Positions 40,904 to 50,935 of a stretch of 64,000 nucleotides of DNA are shown here, one piece after another; position 1 is the stretch's first letter, and each line of letters starts with the position of its first letter. Origin of the DNA: an uncultured Prolixibacteraceae bacterium (GTDB lineage: Bacteria; Bacteroidota; Bacteroidia; Bacteroidales; Prolixibacteraceae); assembly GCA_963747515.1 (NCBI GenBank), contig CAVVFN010000009.1, forward strand, positions 234,505-298,504. The letters are read 5' to 3'. Below the pieces are notes generated by a model. That model was not told the origin of the DNA, did not search any database, and saw only the letters and a list, made by a program, of their open reading frames with translations. The position numbers were made by a program, and so were the translations under genes.

Positions 40904-41584
40904 ATGGAACTGAAAGATTTAAAAAAGACCTGGAACCGGTTTTCATCAGGAAAAGAGCTTGATGAGAATCAAATCAGGGAGATGCTGAGGAGCAAATCCA
41001 TGACTCTTATCGACCGTATAAACAGAAATATTCGAATTGGATTTGTTGTTCTTTTTGTTCTGATTGCCTTATTTGTGGTTGACGATTTTATTTTTGCCCC
41101 CATACTTACAAACGGTTCAGAGCTTGATATTGTCATGCCTCAATGGCTGGTTTTTTTGAGTATTTTTAGTAATATGCTCATAATTACGGCATTTGTTTAT
41201 TTTGTGATTAAGTACTACCGGGTCCAAAAAATTTGCGATAATTTATGCAACCTGAGGGAAACGCTTATCCGTATAATTGAAATTCTGCGTCTTTATCAGC
41301 GTTTGTTTTACCTGACCCTGTTTATTTTTGCAATTGCCATGGCCCTGCAATTTATATCGGGTGTCTGTTCCGGAGTGGTTTACGATCTGGAAAATCAGGG
41401 GATTCCGGTTTCTGATGTATCTTTGAAACAATGGGCTTTGGTGACCGGTGTCGGCCTTCTCGTGCTGGTTTTCTCTGTTGGTGGAATCTATCTTCTGATG
41501 CGTTGGGGCTTTCGCAGGTTATATGGAAAGTACATCGACAAATTGAAACAAATGTTGAAGGAACTAAATGAATTAGCGGCTTAA
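40904..41584 (+). CDS. four-TM membrane protein, probable anti-sigma partner
   Basis: 2 nt after the ECF stop; MELKDLKKTW N-terminus and four hydrophobic segments. Confidence 0.65.
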   Translation: MELKDLKKTWNRFSSGKELDENQIREMLRSKSMTLIDRINRNIRIGFVVLFVLIALFVVDDFIFAPILTNGSELDIVMPQWLVFLSIFSNMLIITAFVYFVIKYYRVQKICDNLCNLRETLIRIIEILRLYQRLFYLTLFIFAIAMALQFISGVCSGVVYDLENQGIPVSDVSLKQWALVTGVGLLVLVFSVGGIYLLMRWGFRRLYGKYIDKLKQMLKELNELAA

Positions 41585-41626
41585 CGGAATATTATTCTGC
41601 AGTAATAAAAATTTAAAAAAGGAAAT

Positions 41627-43009
41627 ATGGCATTAATAAAATCCATTTCAGGAATACGGGGAACAATTGGTGGAAAACCGGGTGAAGGGTTAAGCCCTCT
41701 GGACGTAGTGAAATTTACAGCAGCATATGCTGCCTGGGCAAAAGAAAATGCTGCGGGTAAAAAATTAAAGATAGTGGTAGGCCGCGATGCACGCATTTCA
41801 GGTGAAATGGTGGGCTCTCTTGTGATTGCCACTCTGGTGGGAATGGGTTGTGATGTGGTAAATATCGGACTGGCAACCACTCCAACAACCGAAATTGCCG
41901 TAACAGGCGAACAGGCCGATGGAGGGATAATCTTAACCGCAAGTCATAACCCAAAACAATGGAATGCCTTGAAACTGCTTAATTCCTCCGGAGAATTTTT
42001 AAATGCTGCTGAAGGTGAAAGAGTTCTTTTTCTGGCTGAAACAGAAGATTTTTTGTTTGCGGAAATCGATGAATTGGGGATAATAACTGAAAAAAATTAC
42101 GCTGATACTCATATTCAACAAATACTTGGACTTGATCTGGTCGATAAAAATGCTATAGAAGCTGCCGGTTTCTCTGTGGCTGTTGATGCGGTGAATTCTG
42201 TTGGAGGAATTGTAATGCCTGCTTTATTGAAAGCTTTGGGGGTGAAACATGTGATTGAAATTAATTGCGAGCCCACCGGATATTTTGCACATACACCGGA
42301 ACCCATACCGGAAAACCTGGTTGAAACTTCACAGATTGTCAGTCGCAGTAAGGTTAATTTGGGGTTTGTTGTAGATCCGGATGTTGATCGGCTGGTGGTA
42401 ATCAATGAGGATGGAAGCATGTTTAATGAAGAATATACTTTGGTGGCTGTTTCGGATTATGTTCTTAAAAACACCCCGGGAAACACTGTTTCCAATCTTT
42501 CATCCAGCCGGGCGCTGCGCGATGTTACCGAAAAGTATGGCATGAACTATTTTGCAAGTGCCGTTGGTGAAGTAAATGTGGTTGCCAAAATGAAGGAAAC
42601 CGGAGCCGTTATTGGCGGCGAGGGGAATGGCGGTGTTATTTATCCGGCAAGTCACTATGGCCGCGATGCCCTCGCAGGAGCTGCCCTGTTTCTGAGTCAC
42701 CTGGCTAAAAGTGGGTTGAAGTGTTCGGAACTCCGAAAATCTTATCCCGATTATTTCATTTCGAAAAATAAAATTGAACTCACTCCTTCAATCGATGTGG
42801 ATGCCTTACTGGAAAAGTTGAAAGAAAAATACGCAAACGAACAGATAACCGATATTGATGGCGTGAGAATCGATTTTCCGGAATCGTGGGTGCATTTGCG
42901 TAAGTCAAATACTGAACCCATTATCCGTATATATGCCGAGGCCAGGTCTGAAGCATTGGCCTTTAAACTGGCACAGCAAATTATAAGCGACATTAAAAAT
43001 CTTTATTAA
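41627..43009 (+). CDS. glmM: phosphoglucosamine mutase / phosphohexomutase
   Basis: SISGIRG, TASHNP (phospho-Ser), DPDVDR metal loop, GGEGNGG. Confidence 0.88.
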   Translation: MALIKSISGIRGTIGGKPGEGLSPLDVVKFTAAYAAWAKENAAGKKLKIVVGRDARISGEMVGSLVIATLVGMGCDVVNIGLATTPTTEIAVTGEQADGGIILTASHNPKQWNALKLLNSSGEFLNAAEGERVLFLAETEDFLFAEIDELGIITEKNYADTHIQQILGLDLVDKNAIEAAGFSVAVDAVNSVGGIVMPALLKALGVKHVIEINCEPTGYFAHTPEPIPENLVETSQIVSRSKVNLGFVVDPDVDRLVVINEDGSMFNEEYTLVAVSDYVLKNTPGNTVSNLSSSRALRDVTEKYGMNYFASAVGEVNVVAKMKETGAVIGGEGNGGVIYPASHYGRDALAGAALFLSHLAKSGLKCSELRKSYPDYFISKNKIELTPSIDVDALLEKLKEKYANEQITDIDGVRIDFPESWVHLRKSNTEPIIRIYAEARSEALAFKLAQQIISDIKNLY

Positions 43010-43130
43010 AATTCCAGTTTTAAACATTATCATCATTTTTTAAATACAATCTCCTCCTCAGAAAAAATATCACGGAAGCGGTTTACTTCGATATTTTTAT
43101 AGACGGCTTTACAATATACCAACTATAGGG

Positions 43131-43231
43131 TAAATTCATTTTAAATTCAATGTAAACTCAATGTAAATTCGCATTTAATTGAATTTACATTGAATTTATA
43201 CTGAGTTTACATTGAGTTTATATAGAATTTG
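43131..43231. repeat. dyad-symmetric array of 11-bp repeats (4 forward + 5 inverted units), copy 2
   Basis: TAAATTCATTT TAAATTCAATG TAAACTCAATG TAAATTCGCAT tt AATTGAATTTA CATTGAATTTA TACTGAGTTTA CATTGAGTTTA TATAGAATTTG. Confidence 0.85.
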
Positions 43232-43519
43232 ATCAGGAGTTGGTATCTGTTTTCTATGGTGAGAAGACTCAGAAGAGTTTAGCAGTCATGTAAGAAAGGA
43301 ATCTCAAATACCCCTGGTGGAAATGACCGATAAATCGTCTGCACCTGAAAATTTTATGGATATGCTGCCCGTTCATCAGTAGAATGATGAACTGCAGCTC
43401 ACAGGAAATAATTCTTTGGATTTTTATTATTTTCTTGTTTAGCCATAACTTTATCCTGTCTGGCAATGCAAAGTGCCGGCAATAGAATAAAGCAGATATT
43501 GAATAAAGAAATACGGAAA

Positions 43520-44345
43520 TCAGAAAGTGATGGTATTGGGATTTGGGCCAATCCGGCTGCCCTTATCGAGACGGTCAATTTTTTCCATATCTTCATTACT
43601 TAATTCAAAGTCAAAAATATCGGCATTTGATATTATCCGCTCAGTGAGTAACCGATTTAGGGATGGTTACCACTCCTTTTTGAATATCCCAGCGAAGTAC
43701 AATCTGCACGGGTGTTTTTCCATATTTTGCAGCCAGTGCCTGCAATACAGGGATATTTAATACCCGCCCCTTCATAATCGGGCTCCAGGCTTCCGGCTGG
43801 ATGTTATTACTCTGGCAAAATTCCAGTAAGTCGGGTTGTATAAGTTCCGGATGAAATTCCACCTGGTTAACTGCCGGGATTATTTTGCATTCAGGAAGAA
43901 ATTCCCGGAGGTGGTGGATAAGGAAATTACTTACACCGATGGCTCTTATTTTTTTCTTCTCATACAATTCCTCCATGGCCTTCCATGTTTCAACCGAGCG
44001 TTTTCCTTTTGGCCAGTGAATCAGGTACAGGTCGAGGTAATCGGTCTGAAGTTTATTCAAGCTTTCTTCATAAGCCTGAAAGGTTGAATTATAACCCTGA
44101 TCGCTGTTCCAGACCTTTGATGTAAGAAAAATTTCTTCGCGGGAAATGCCACTTTCGCGGATTGCCTTTCCAACACCTCTTTCATTTTGGTAGGCTGCAG
44201 CTGTATCGATGCTGTGATACCCATGCTCAAGGGCCACCTTAACCGCAGTTTCTACTTCATTGCCCTCTTCGGCACGAAAAACTCCCAATCCAAACCAGGG
44301 CATTTTTACTCCGTTATTTAATGTTGTTGTTGATGAACTGTCCAT
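43520..44345 (-). pseudogene. aldo/keto reductase with a +1 frameshift near the C-terminus (or a sequencing error)
   Basis: AKR motifs IDTA..Y, TSK, DLYLIHWP, IGVSNF, IPKS; the frame stops at 43641 but ERIISNADIFDFELSNEDMEKIDRLD...GPNP continues in the next frame to TGA 43520. Confidence 0.85.
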
Positions 44346-44748
44346 TTTACTTTTTTTTGCAAATTTTGTAAAAATAATTTCTCAGTATAAAGTACTTTTC
44401 TAATCAGGTTGAGGTAAGGTGGTTCGGGATAAAAAAATTTTTGCCCACAGGAAAGAACAGGTAAAGGAATGCAAAAGGTTAATATCAAATTAACCGATAG
44501 CCGTTTAAAAGTGCTGTCTGAACAGCTTTTTCAACCTGCCCTCATTCCCTGAGTCTTAAAACTCCAATCCAGGCCAGGGTATTTATTTCCATTTTTCAGC
44601 TTTACTCCGGATGAGATATTTACCATTATAAGTAATATTGATTAATGATTTTTGTTAAGTTAAAACAAGTCATTTTAAAGAATGTTTAGATTTTAAAGGT
44701 TGATCAATATTTACTTATTTTGCATTACGAAAAACATTAATAAAGTCG

Positions 44749-45999
44749 ATGAAAATATTCAAATTTGGCGGTGCTTCGGTTAAGAGTGCAGATGCTGTGC
44801 AAAACTTATCGGATATCTTAACCGGTTACGATGATAAACTGATTGTAGTTATTTCAGCAATGGGTAAAACAACCGATTTGCTGGAAACTCTTGCAAAAGC
44901 TTATTTTAATCAAAATGAGCAAAAATGGGACATTCTTGGACAATTTAAAAGTTTCCACGGGGAAATTTGCGATCAGCTTTTTGGTAACGGACAAACCCCT
45001 CAGACCATTTCTGCCTTTTATTTTGAATTGGAAAGCAAGTTAAGGAAAATACCTTCACTGGATTACGATTTTGAATACGACCAGATAGTTTCATTCGGGG
45101 AGCTGGTGTCGACCCGCATTGTGAGCGATTACCTGAATTTGACGGGTAAGCCAAACCTATGGGTAGATGTGAGAAATTGTATCCGAACCGATGATAATTA
45201 CAGAGATGCTGCAATTGACTGGGATTTGACTGAAGAATTATCAGCAAAAACCTTCACATTTCAGAACAGCAACCTCTATATTACACAGGGATTCATCGGC
45301 TCAACACCCGCCAGCCTCACCACAACTCTGGGGCGGGAAGGTTCAGATTTTACGGCAGCCATTTTAGGAAATGTGCTGAATGCCGAAAGTGTTTCATTCT
45401 GGAAAGATGTGCCAGGAGTACTTAGTGCTGACCCCAAAAAAATGGAAGGGGCATCAAAAATTGAGGCATTATCGTATCGTGAGGCTGTTGAAATGACGCA
45501 TTCGGGAGCAAAAATAATTCATCCCAAAACCATGAAACCGCTTCACAATAAACAAATACCTTTATATGTAAAATCATTTCTGTCTCCCGACAATCCGGGA
45601 ACAGTAATTCATGAAATCGATCATAAAATAGATCTTCCTCCCATTTTCATTATTCGTGAAAATCTCGTGCTGATTACCCTTTCACCCAAAGATTTCTCAT
45701 TCATCAGCATTGAAGATATCGAACGGGTGGTAAATTTTCTGATAGAAAACAAAGTAAAAGTGACCCTGATGCAACAGTCGGCTATTGACCTGAACCTGGT
45801 GCTGGAGGCTGGAGAAGCCGATTGGGACTGGCTAATGGCGGAATTAAACCCATACTACAGCATACGTTACAATACCGGGCTGACCCTCATTACCATCAGG
45901 CATTATACTGAAGAAACACTTGACTGGATGGTAAAAGAAAAGGATATTTACCTGGAGCAGCACAGCAGGCTCACAGCACGGATGCTGGTGAAAGAATAA
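44749..45999 (+). CDS. lysC: aspartate kinase (monofunctional)
   Basis: KFGGASV, VVISAMGKTT, SFGE..S, TTLGREGSDFTA, KDVPGV..ADP, HPKT. Confidence 0.92.
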   Translation: MKIFKFGGASVKSADAVQNLSDILTGYDDKLIVVISAMGKTTDLLETLAKAYFNQNEQKWDILGQFKSFHGEICDQLFGNGQTPQTISAFYFELESKLRKIPSLDYDFEYDQIVSFGELVSTRIVSDYLNLTGKPNLWVDVRNCIRTDDNYRDAAIDWDLTEELSAKTFTFQNSNLYITQGFIGSTPASLTTTLGREGSDFTAAILGNVLNAESVSFWKDVPGVLSADPKKMEGASKIEALSYREAVEMTHSGAKIIHPKTMKPLHNKQIPLYVKSFLSPDNPGTVIHEIDHKIDLPPIFIIRENLVLITLSPKDFSFISIEDIERVVNFLIENKVKVTLMQQSAIDLNLVLEAGEADWDWLMAELNPYYSIRYNTGLTLITIRHYTEETLDWMVKEKDIYLEQHSRLTARMLVKE

Positions 46000-46224
46000 T
46001 TATTCTGATGGAAGGATGCTTAACTTAATCCCAAATTCAAAGGGGTGGTGAAGGAAATTTCCAGTTTAGTCGCAGTACCTGAAAAGTTTGCCGATCAGAT
46101 ATTCAAATATTGTTATTAATGGTATTATTGCTTATGAATCTTATGCCGGCTTATTTGAAATTTTACCCGTTCAGGTTCCAAATGTCTGCTGCTGTTGATA
46201 TTATTGCATTCAGGCAACAGTCCG

Positions 46225-47337
46225 CTATTCTGAAAAATAATCGCGGTTAACTATTTCCTTCACATTTTCTACCTGCACATTATCAACCGACATTTGCGTT
46301 GTCTCACTAACCTGCCTGCCTTTATTTCGATAGGTTTTATTCATTGTGAACAAATCAGGCTTCATTTTTGAGTAGGTAATGGTAAAGGTATAGTTTACAT
46401 CTTCATAATAGTTGGTATTGTTGATGTTAACCGCAAGCGATTTGCCCTGGCGGTTTTGCATTTTCGATTTTCCCTTTGCCTCAATTTGTTTAACAGAATA
46501 ATCCTCCTGAAAAATGATTATCTCACCTTCGAAAGCAGTAGCATAAAAATCCTGAGAACCTGCAAAAGTGGGGTTTTCCTGCCGGAATGAGATTACCCAT
46601 GCTGGTTTCCCTTCAATAACGGGTTCACCTGCAAGGGCCAATTCAAACTGATTGCTTAGGGCAGGGTTCAAAACAGATGTGGCATTTCGTACCCAGTCGA
46701 GCCCAAGCAATTCATCGAAATGAAGGAATCCGGATGCAAAACTGTAATCGGGTTCATTTTTTTTCATGTTGTAGGTTCGCATTTTAAAAGCATCGGTTTT
46801 TGAAGGTGATCGATAACCCGTTTTATCGTAAATTAACACTTTTGCCTCTTCAATCACCTGCAGTGAATCATTAATGACTTTTTTCATTCTAAGGCTGCAG
46901 TCGAGATTAAAGGGGCCGCTCATAAAGTTGTAGGGGGTATTTTCAGATGCCATTCTGAGAATTCTTGCCAATACCAGTGAACGGCCTTCAATATCCACTT
47001 TTTCAATATCGTAGGTTTGAGGTTTAAGCTTTATAATATTAAATTCTTTTTTGAACAGGGAGGCTAACGGAAGCTTCATGCTTTGATAACCAACCGAGGA
47101 AAAGAAAATCTGCCGGGAAATCATTTCTTCCGGAATTTTAAGTTCGAAGTTTCCGTTTTCATCACTGGCAGTGCCATAAAAGGTATCTTCAATTCCCACG
47201 TTAGTATAGGCAAGTGGTTCGTTGGTTGATTCGTTTACCACCTTCCCTTTGATAGTCCTGGCAACGCGTGTTTCAGTTTGTGCAGCAGCTGAAAGCGTGA
47301 AAATAAAAGCCAGGAACATATAATAAAAGTTCTTCAT
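46225..47337 (-). CDS. exported protein with carboxypeptidase-regulatory-like (CarboxypepD_reg) N-terminal domain
   Basis: Signal peptide; IKGKVV...TNEPLAY.NV.......GT.SDENG.FEL, FSSVGY. Confidence 0.75.
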   Translation of the reverse strand: MKNFYYMFLAFIFTLSAAAQTETRVARTIKGKVVNESTNEPLAYTNVGIEDTFYGTASDENGNFELKIPEEMISRQIFFSSVGYQSMKLPLASLFKKEFNIIKLKPQTYDIEKVDIEGRSLVLARILRMASENTPYNFMSGPFNLDCSLRMKKVINDSLQVIEEAKVLIYDKTGYRSPSKTDAFKMRTYNMKKNEPDYSFASGFLHFDELLGLDWVRNATSVLNPALSNQFELALAGEPVIEGKPAWVISFRQENPTFAGSQDFYATAFEGEIIIFQEDYSVKQIEAKGKSKMQNRQGKSLAVNINNTNYYEDVNYTFTITYSKMKPDLFTMNKTYRNKGRQVSETTQMSVDNVQVENVKEIVNRDYFSE

Positions 47338-47476
47338 TATTTGTTTCGTTTTTTTATTACAACCATTCCGGCAACAGGTTGTTTAACCAATAAGCATTAT
47401 TATTCTGCTTCAGTAAATTTTAATAAAAGTAAACTTTTAATACAAATCACTGGAAATATAACGTTTTAATATTTGT

Positions 47477-47484
47477 TATATTTG
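47477..47484 (+). promoter_or_regulatory. Bacteroidota -7 promoter element (TATATTTG)
   Basis: Exact TAnnTTTG 22 nt upstream of ATG 47506. Confidence 0.5.
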
Positions 47485-47505
47485 CTAAAATCAAAAAGAA
47501 AAAAC

Positions 47506-48165
47506 ATGATTAACAAACTGTCTGTAATTTTCATAACAGTTTTTGCATTACTTTTTACATCGTGTGTATCGAAAAAGAAGTTTGTCGAAATGCAGAATGG
47601 CCGCTTACGGGCCGAGCAGCAGGTACGGGAGCTTACGCAGGAAAATAATGCCCGGGCCAAACGGATAAATGCAATGATTGCTGATTTTGAAGCCATGAAG
47701 AACGAATTGCTGGGAAGCAATGCCGAGAAAGATGAATACATCGATAATTTGAATAAGAAAATAGCTGAGCTGAATGAACAGATGAACAAACAAAAAGAAT
47801 CGTTGCAGGCCAATACTTTTACTTATGGGTTTGAAAAGGAAAGGTTATCGGAGACCCTTCAGTCAAGGGATAATACCATTCGCAACCTGGAGTCAAAGGT
47901 GAAAGAGCTTGAGAAGGAAATTTCGCAGCAAAGCTCGGCAGTCAGTGAACGCAATGTACGCATAAGTGGACTGAATGACCGGATAGAAGCTCTGGAAGCA
48001 GAAATTGCCAGGGGTGAAAAACAACGGGCAGAACTGCAGCAGCAAATTCTGAAGCTTAAGCAGGAGATTGATGCTCTGAATGAACAGATAAAGACAAAGG
48101 ACGAAACCATTACACGTCTTCAGAATAATGTTAACCTGCTGAAAAAGGAATTGGGAGGAAATTAA
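47506..48165 (+). CDS. coiled-coil lipoprotein
   Basis: Lipobox LFTSC followed by VSKKKF and about 190 aa of heptad repeats; start moved to ATG 47506. Confidence 0.75.
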   Translation: MINKLSVIFITVFALLFTSCVSKKKFVEMQNGRLRAEQQVRELTQENNARAKRINAMIADFEAMKNELLGSNAEKDEYIDNLNKKIAELNEQMNKQKESLQANTFTYGFEKERLSETLQSRDNTIRNLESKVKELEKEISQQSSAVSERNVRISGLNDRIEALEAEIARGEKQRAELQQQILKLKQEIDALNEQIKTKDETITRLQNNVNLLKKELGGN

Positions 48166-48188
48166 TTTTTAAATCAATAATTCTGTAA

Positions 48189-48791
48189 ATGAAAAAAGTT
48201 ATTTTTTTATTCGCACTGGCATTAATAAGCATGTCGGTGTTTGCCGGAGGTGCCAAATGGGAATCCTTGTTTAACGGTAAGAATCTTAAGGGTTGGAATG
48301 TTCATGGCACTGAAAAATGGTATGTGGAAGATGGTCTGCTAATTTGTGAAAGCGGCCCGGATGAAGAGTATGGTTATTTGTCTACTGAAAAGAATTACGA
48401 CGATTTTGACCTGGAACTGGAGTTTTTACAGGAGGCAAATGGCAACAGCGGAGTTTTTTTTCGTTCTACATTTGACGGGACCAAGGTGAGCGGCTGGCAG
48501 GTGGAAGTGGCTCCGCCCAATCACGACACAGGTGGTGTTTATGAGTCGTATGGAAGGGGTTGGCTTGTACAAATTCCCGATGAGAAGGAAAATATTTTGA
48601 AAATGGGGGAATGGAACAAATTGAGAATTCGTGTAGTGGAGGGTCATGTTACAACCTGGTTAAATGGTCAGCAGATGGTTGACTTCAATGATGAAAAAAT
48701 TGCACAGGGAAAAGGAGCCATTGCCCTTCAGATTCATAGTGGAGGAGGTATAAAAGTGAAGTGGCGTAATCTGAAGGTGAAGGAGTTGTAA
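48189..48791 (+). CDS. DUF1080 / 3-keto-disaccharide hydrolase family protein
   Basis: W.SLFNGKNL.GW, NSGVFFR, YE, GEWN, WLNG, G.IALQ.H, V.WRN..VKEL. Confidence 0.88.
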   Translation: MKKVIFLFALALISMSVFAGGAKWESLFNGKNLKGWNVHGTEKWYVEDGLLICESGPDEEYGYLSTEKNYDDFDLELEFLQEANGNSGVFFRSTFDGTKVSGWQVEVAPPNHDTGGVYESYGRGWLVQIPDEKENILKMGEWNKLRIRVVEGHVTTWLNGQQMVDFNDEKIAQGKGAIALQIHSGGGIKVKWRNLKVKEL

Positions 48792-48940
48792 AAAATTTCA
48801 TTTGCCGGTTTGGGCAGGGATAGAATAGGCAGAGTTAAAGAATCCGGCTTTTATTGAATTTCCTGAAGTTGATTTGCAGCAAAACTACGGATGGAATTCT
48901 CATAAGGCTGGAATCTTATTTACTTTTGTTATTATGCAGC

Positions 48941-49693
48941 TTAATTGTTGTTTTCTTTTTTATAAATTTCAAAATAATACCTGACAGAAGCCCTGATTTC
49001 ATAATCTGTTGAAGTGTATGGCAGTATGTTTTGTGCATTGAACCAAAGCATAAAGCTATCGGCAGCGGCTTCATTTAATCCGGTAAGTTTCATTACGGTT
49101 TCCTTATTGTAATTTCGTGAATGCATTTCCCAGTTTTGCTGGATAGCCATAGCTTCCCTTACATCGCGCTTTTCCTGCTCATGCCTGCTGAGGTAATACT
49201 GCCAATATGATATGGGATTAAAAAGTGCTGAAAGCAGAGGAGGCTTTTCGTTGAACGCATCTCCCCGCAGTTCAACCGGAATATCTACGGGTTTTCCGGT
49301 ACCAAGATCACCGGCTATATTTGGTTTTTCGCCTTTTACTTCCACTTCCCCGACAGCATAACTTACCGGATTCAGGGTAAAGGTAAGCAGTTCGTATCCC
49401 ATATAATTATGAGGGATGTATATTACTTTCTTCTGATAACCCACCGAAGTAACAATAAGGCTGTCGATATTCAGGACATCGAGGGTAAAATAGCCATCGT
49501 TATTGGTGATGGTGCCGCTGCGGTTTCGGTTGTTGATGATGTTGGCATAAGGTAAGGCCGAACTGTCGCCGGCGCTAATCAGCCTTGCCTTTAACCTGAC
49601 AAGGATGGGATCGACCAGCACAGGATTGGATTGTGCGTAGCTTTTAAAACCCGCATTCAAAATCAGCATACCTAATATAAAAACGAATCTCAT
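48941..49693 (-). CDS. carboxypeptidase-regulatory-like domain protein
   Basis: LPYANI......GTITN.DGYF.L....DSL.VTSVGY; start moved to ATG 49693. Confidence 0.75.
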   Translation of the reverse strand: MRFVFILGMLILNAGFKSYAQSNPVLVDPILVRLKARLISAGDSSALPYANIINNRNRSGTITNNDGYFTLDVLNIDSLIVTSVGYQKKVIYIPHNYMGYELLTFTLNPVSYAVGEVEVKGEKPNIAGDLGTGKPVDIPVELRGDAFNEKPPLLSALFNPISYWQYYLSRHEQEKRDVREAMAIQQNWEMHSRNYNKETVMKLTGLNEAAADSFMLWFNAQNILPYTSTDYEIRASVRYYFEIYKKENNN

Positions 49694-49710
49694 CTTTTGA
49701 ATTTGAAGGT

Positions 49711-49718
49711 CAAAAATA
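49711..49718 (-). promoter_or_regulatory. Bacteroidota -7 promoter element (TATTTTTG)
   Basis: Exact TAnnTTTG 18 nt upstream of ATG 49693. Confidence 0.5.
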
Positions 49719-50028
49719 TGGAAAAGATTGCTTTTCACAGAGAAACATAATTCTTTAACGTGAAATTTAACAAGTTTTAAAAGATTTTTACACAAGGATT
49801 TCCACATTTAACTGCAGGCATAAACCGGGATTTATTTTTTAAACATCTTTTGCCCGGGGAAACATCTTTTTCAAATGAATGCTGTTGCTGCTTCAGCAGG
49901 GGCCCATGGATTCGGCTGATGAAACAGGCTGATGTTCGGAAAAAGAAAACGTTTTGCTGAATGATTCTGCCTATCTGTAAAATGTAGGATTAGATAAACA
50001 AATAGCTGTACCACCTTGTTTTGAGATA

Positions 50029-50934
50029 ATGACCAGATTTCCTGTTATACGTTGGTTCGACAGAAATACCGTGAAGCATTTGCGCTTTCCGTTTTCCTTT
50101 TTTCTGATGCCTGTTTTCCTTTTTGCTTTAAGTCAGGCCCTTTTGGTGAATTGGTTTCATGCCATTTTTGCCTTTTTTATTTTGCATTTTCTGGTGTTTC
50201 CCTCCAGTAACGGATACAACAGTTATCAGGATCGCGATGAAGGCAGCATTGGTGGGTTAAAACATCCGCCCAAAGTTACCCGGCATCTTTTTTATGTTAC
50301 CTTACTTTTCGATATTGCTGCCCTTGTTCTTGCCCTCATCGTTTCACCGCTGTTTTCTCTATTGGTTCTGGTTTTCATAATCGTATCGCGGATGTACAGC
50401 TATCGCGGTATCCGGATAAAGAAATACCCGGTAGCCGGATTTTTGGTTGTTTTTATTTTTCAGGGCGCTTATGTTTATCTTATGACCTTAGTATCGGTAT
50501 CGAACCAGTTTCTGCCCGCAGTTTTAACCCGCAGCAGTCTGATATGCATGAGCATTTCAAGTTTATTTATCGGAAGCATGTATCCACTCACACAGATTTA
50601 CCAGCATGAGGCTGATAAGAGAGATGGCGTAATTAGTATCAGTTATCTTTTGGGATATCGGGGTACTTTTTTATTTTCATTCATTTTATTTACTGCAGCA
50701 TCTGTTTTGTTGTTTTTTTATTTTGGCCGCAGAAACCATTACACAGCTCTTCTTCTTTTTATGGTGCTCATCCTTCCGGTGGTGATTTTCCTCAAGAAGT
50801 GGTCTGATAAAGTACGTCGGAACAGCCGGTTTGCCAATTATGAGAATACCATGAAAGCCAATGTGCTTTCTGCAAGTTCTATGAATTTGTTTTTTATATT
50901 ACTGATTATTAACAACCGGCTAATGTTGTTTTAA
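50029..50934 (+). CDS. UbiA-family prenyltransferase-like membrane protein
   Basis: About 9 TMs; NSYQDRDEG (NDxxDxxxD-like), YS...IRIK, YQHEAD.RDG. Confidence 0.75.
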   Translation: MTRFPVIRWFDRNTVKHLRFPFSFFLMPVFLFALSQALLVNWFHAIFAFFILHFLVFPSSNGYNSYQDRDEGSIGGLKHPPKVTRHLFYVTLLFDIAALVLALIVSPLFSLLVLVFIIVSRMYSYRGIRIKKYPVAGFLVVFIFQGAYVYLMTLVSVSNQFLPAVLTRSSLICMSISSLFIGSMYPLTQIYQHEADKRDGVISISYLLGYRGTFLFSFILFTAASVLLFFYFGRRNHYTALLLFMVLILPVVIFLKKWSDKVRRNSRFANYENTMKANVLSASSMNLFFILLIINNRLMLF

Positions 50935-50935
50935 T

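Noticed and set aside
43269-43466. 65-aa minus-strand ORF between the repeat array and the AKR
   Set aside because: No motif, start context or family resemblance; it cannot be supported as a gene
43641-43643. Selenocysteine or stop-codon readthrough of the AKR TGA
   Set aside because: The conserved C-terminus continues in a different frame, so this is a frameshift rather than readthrough
877-45999. A functional supercluster of metG, metH and aspartokinase
   Set aside because: They are separated by more than 10 kb of unrelated genes with independent promoters; co-location is probably coincidental
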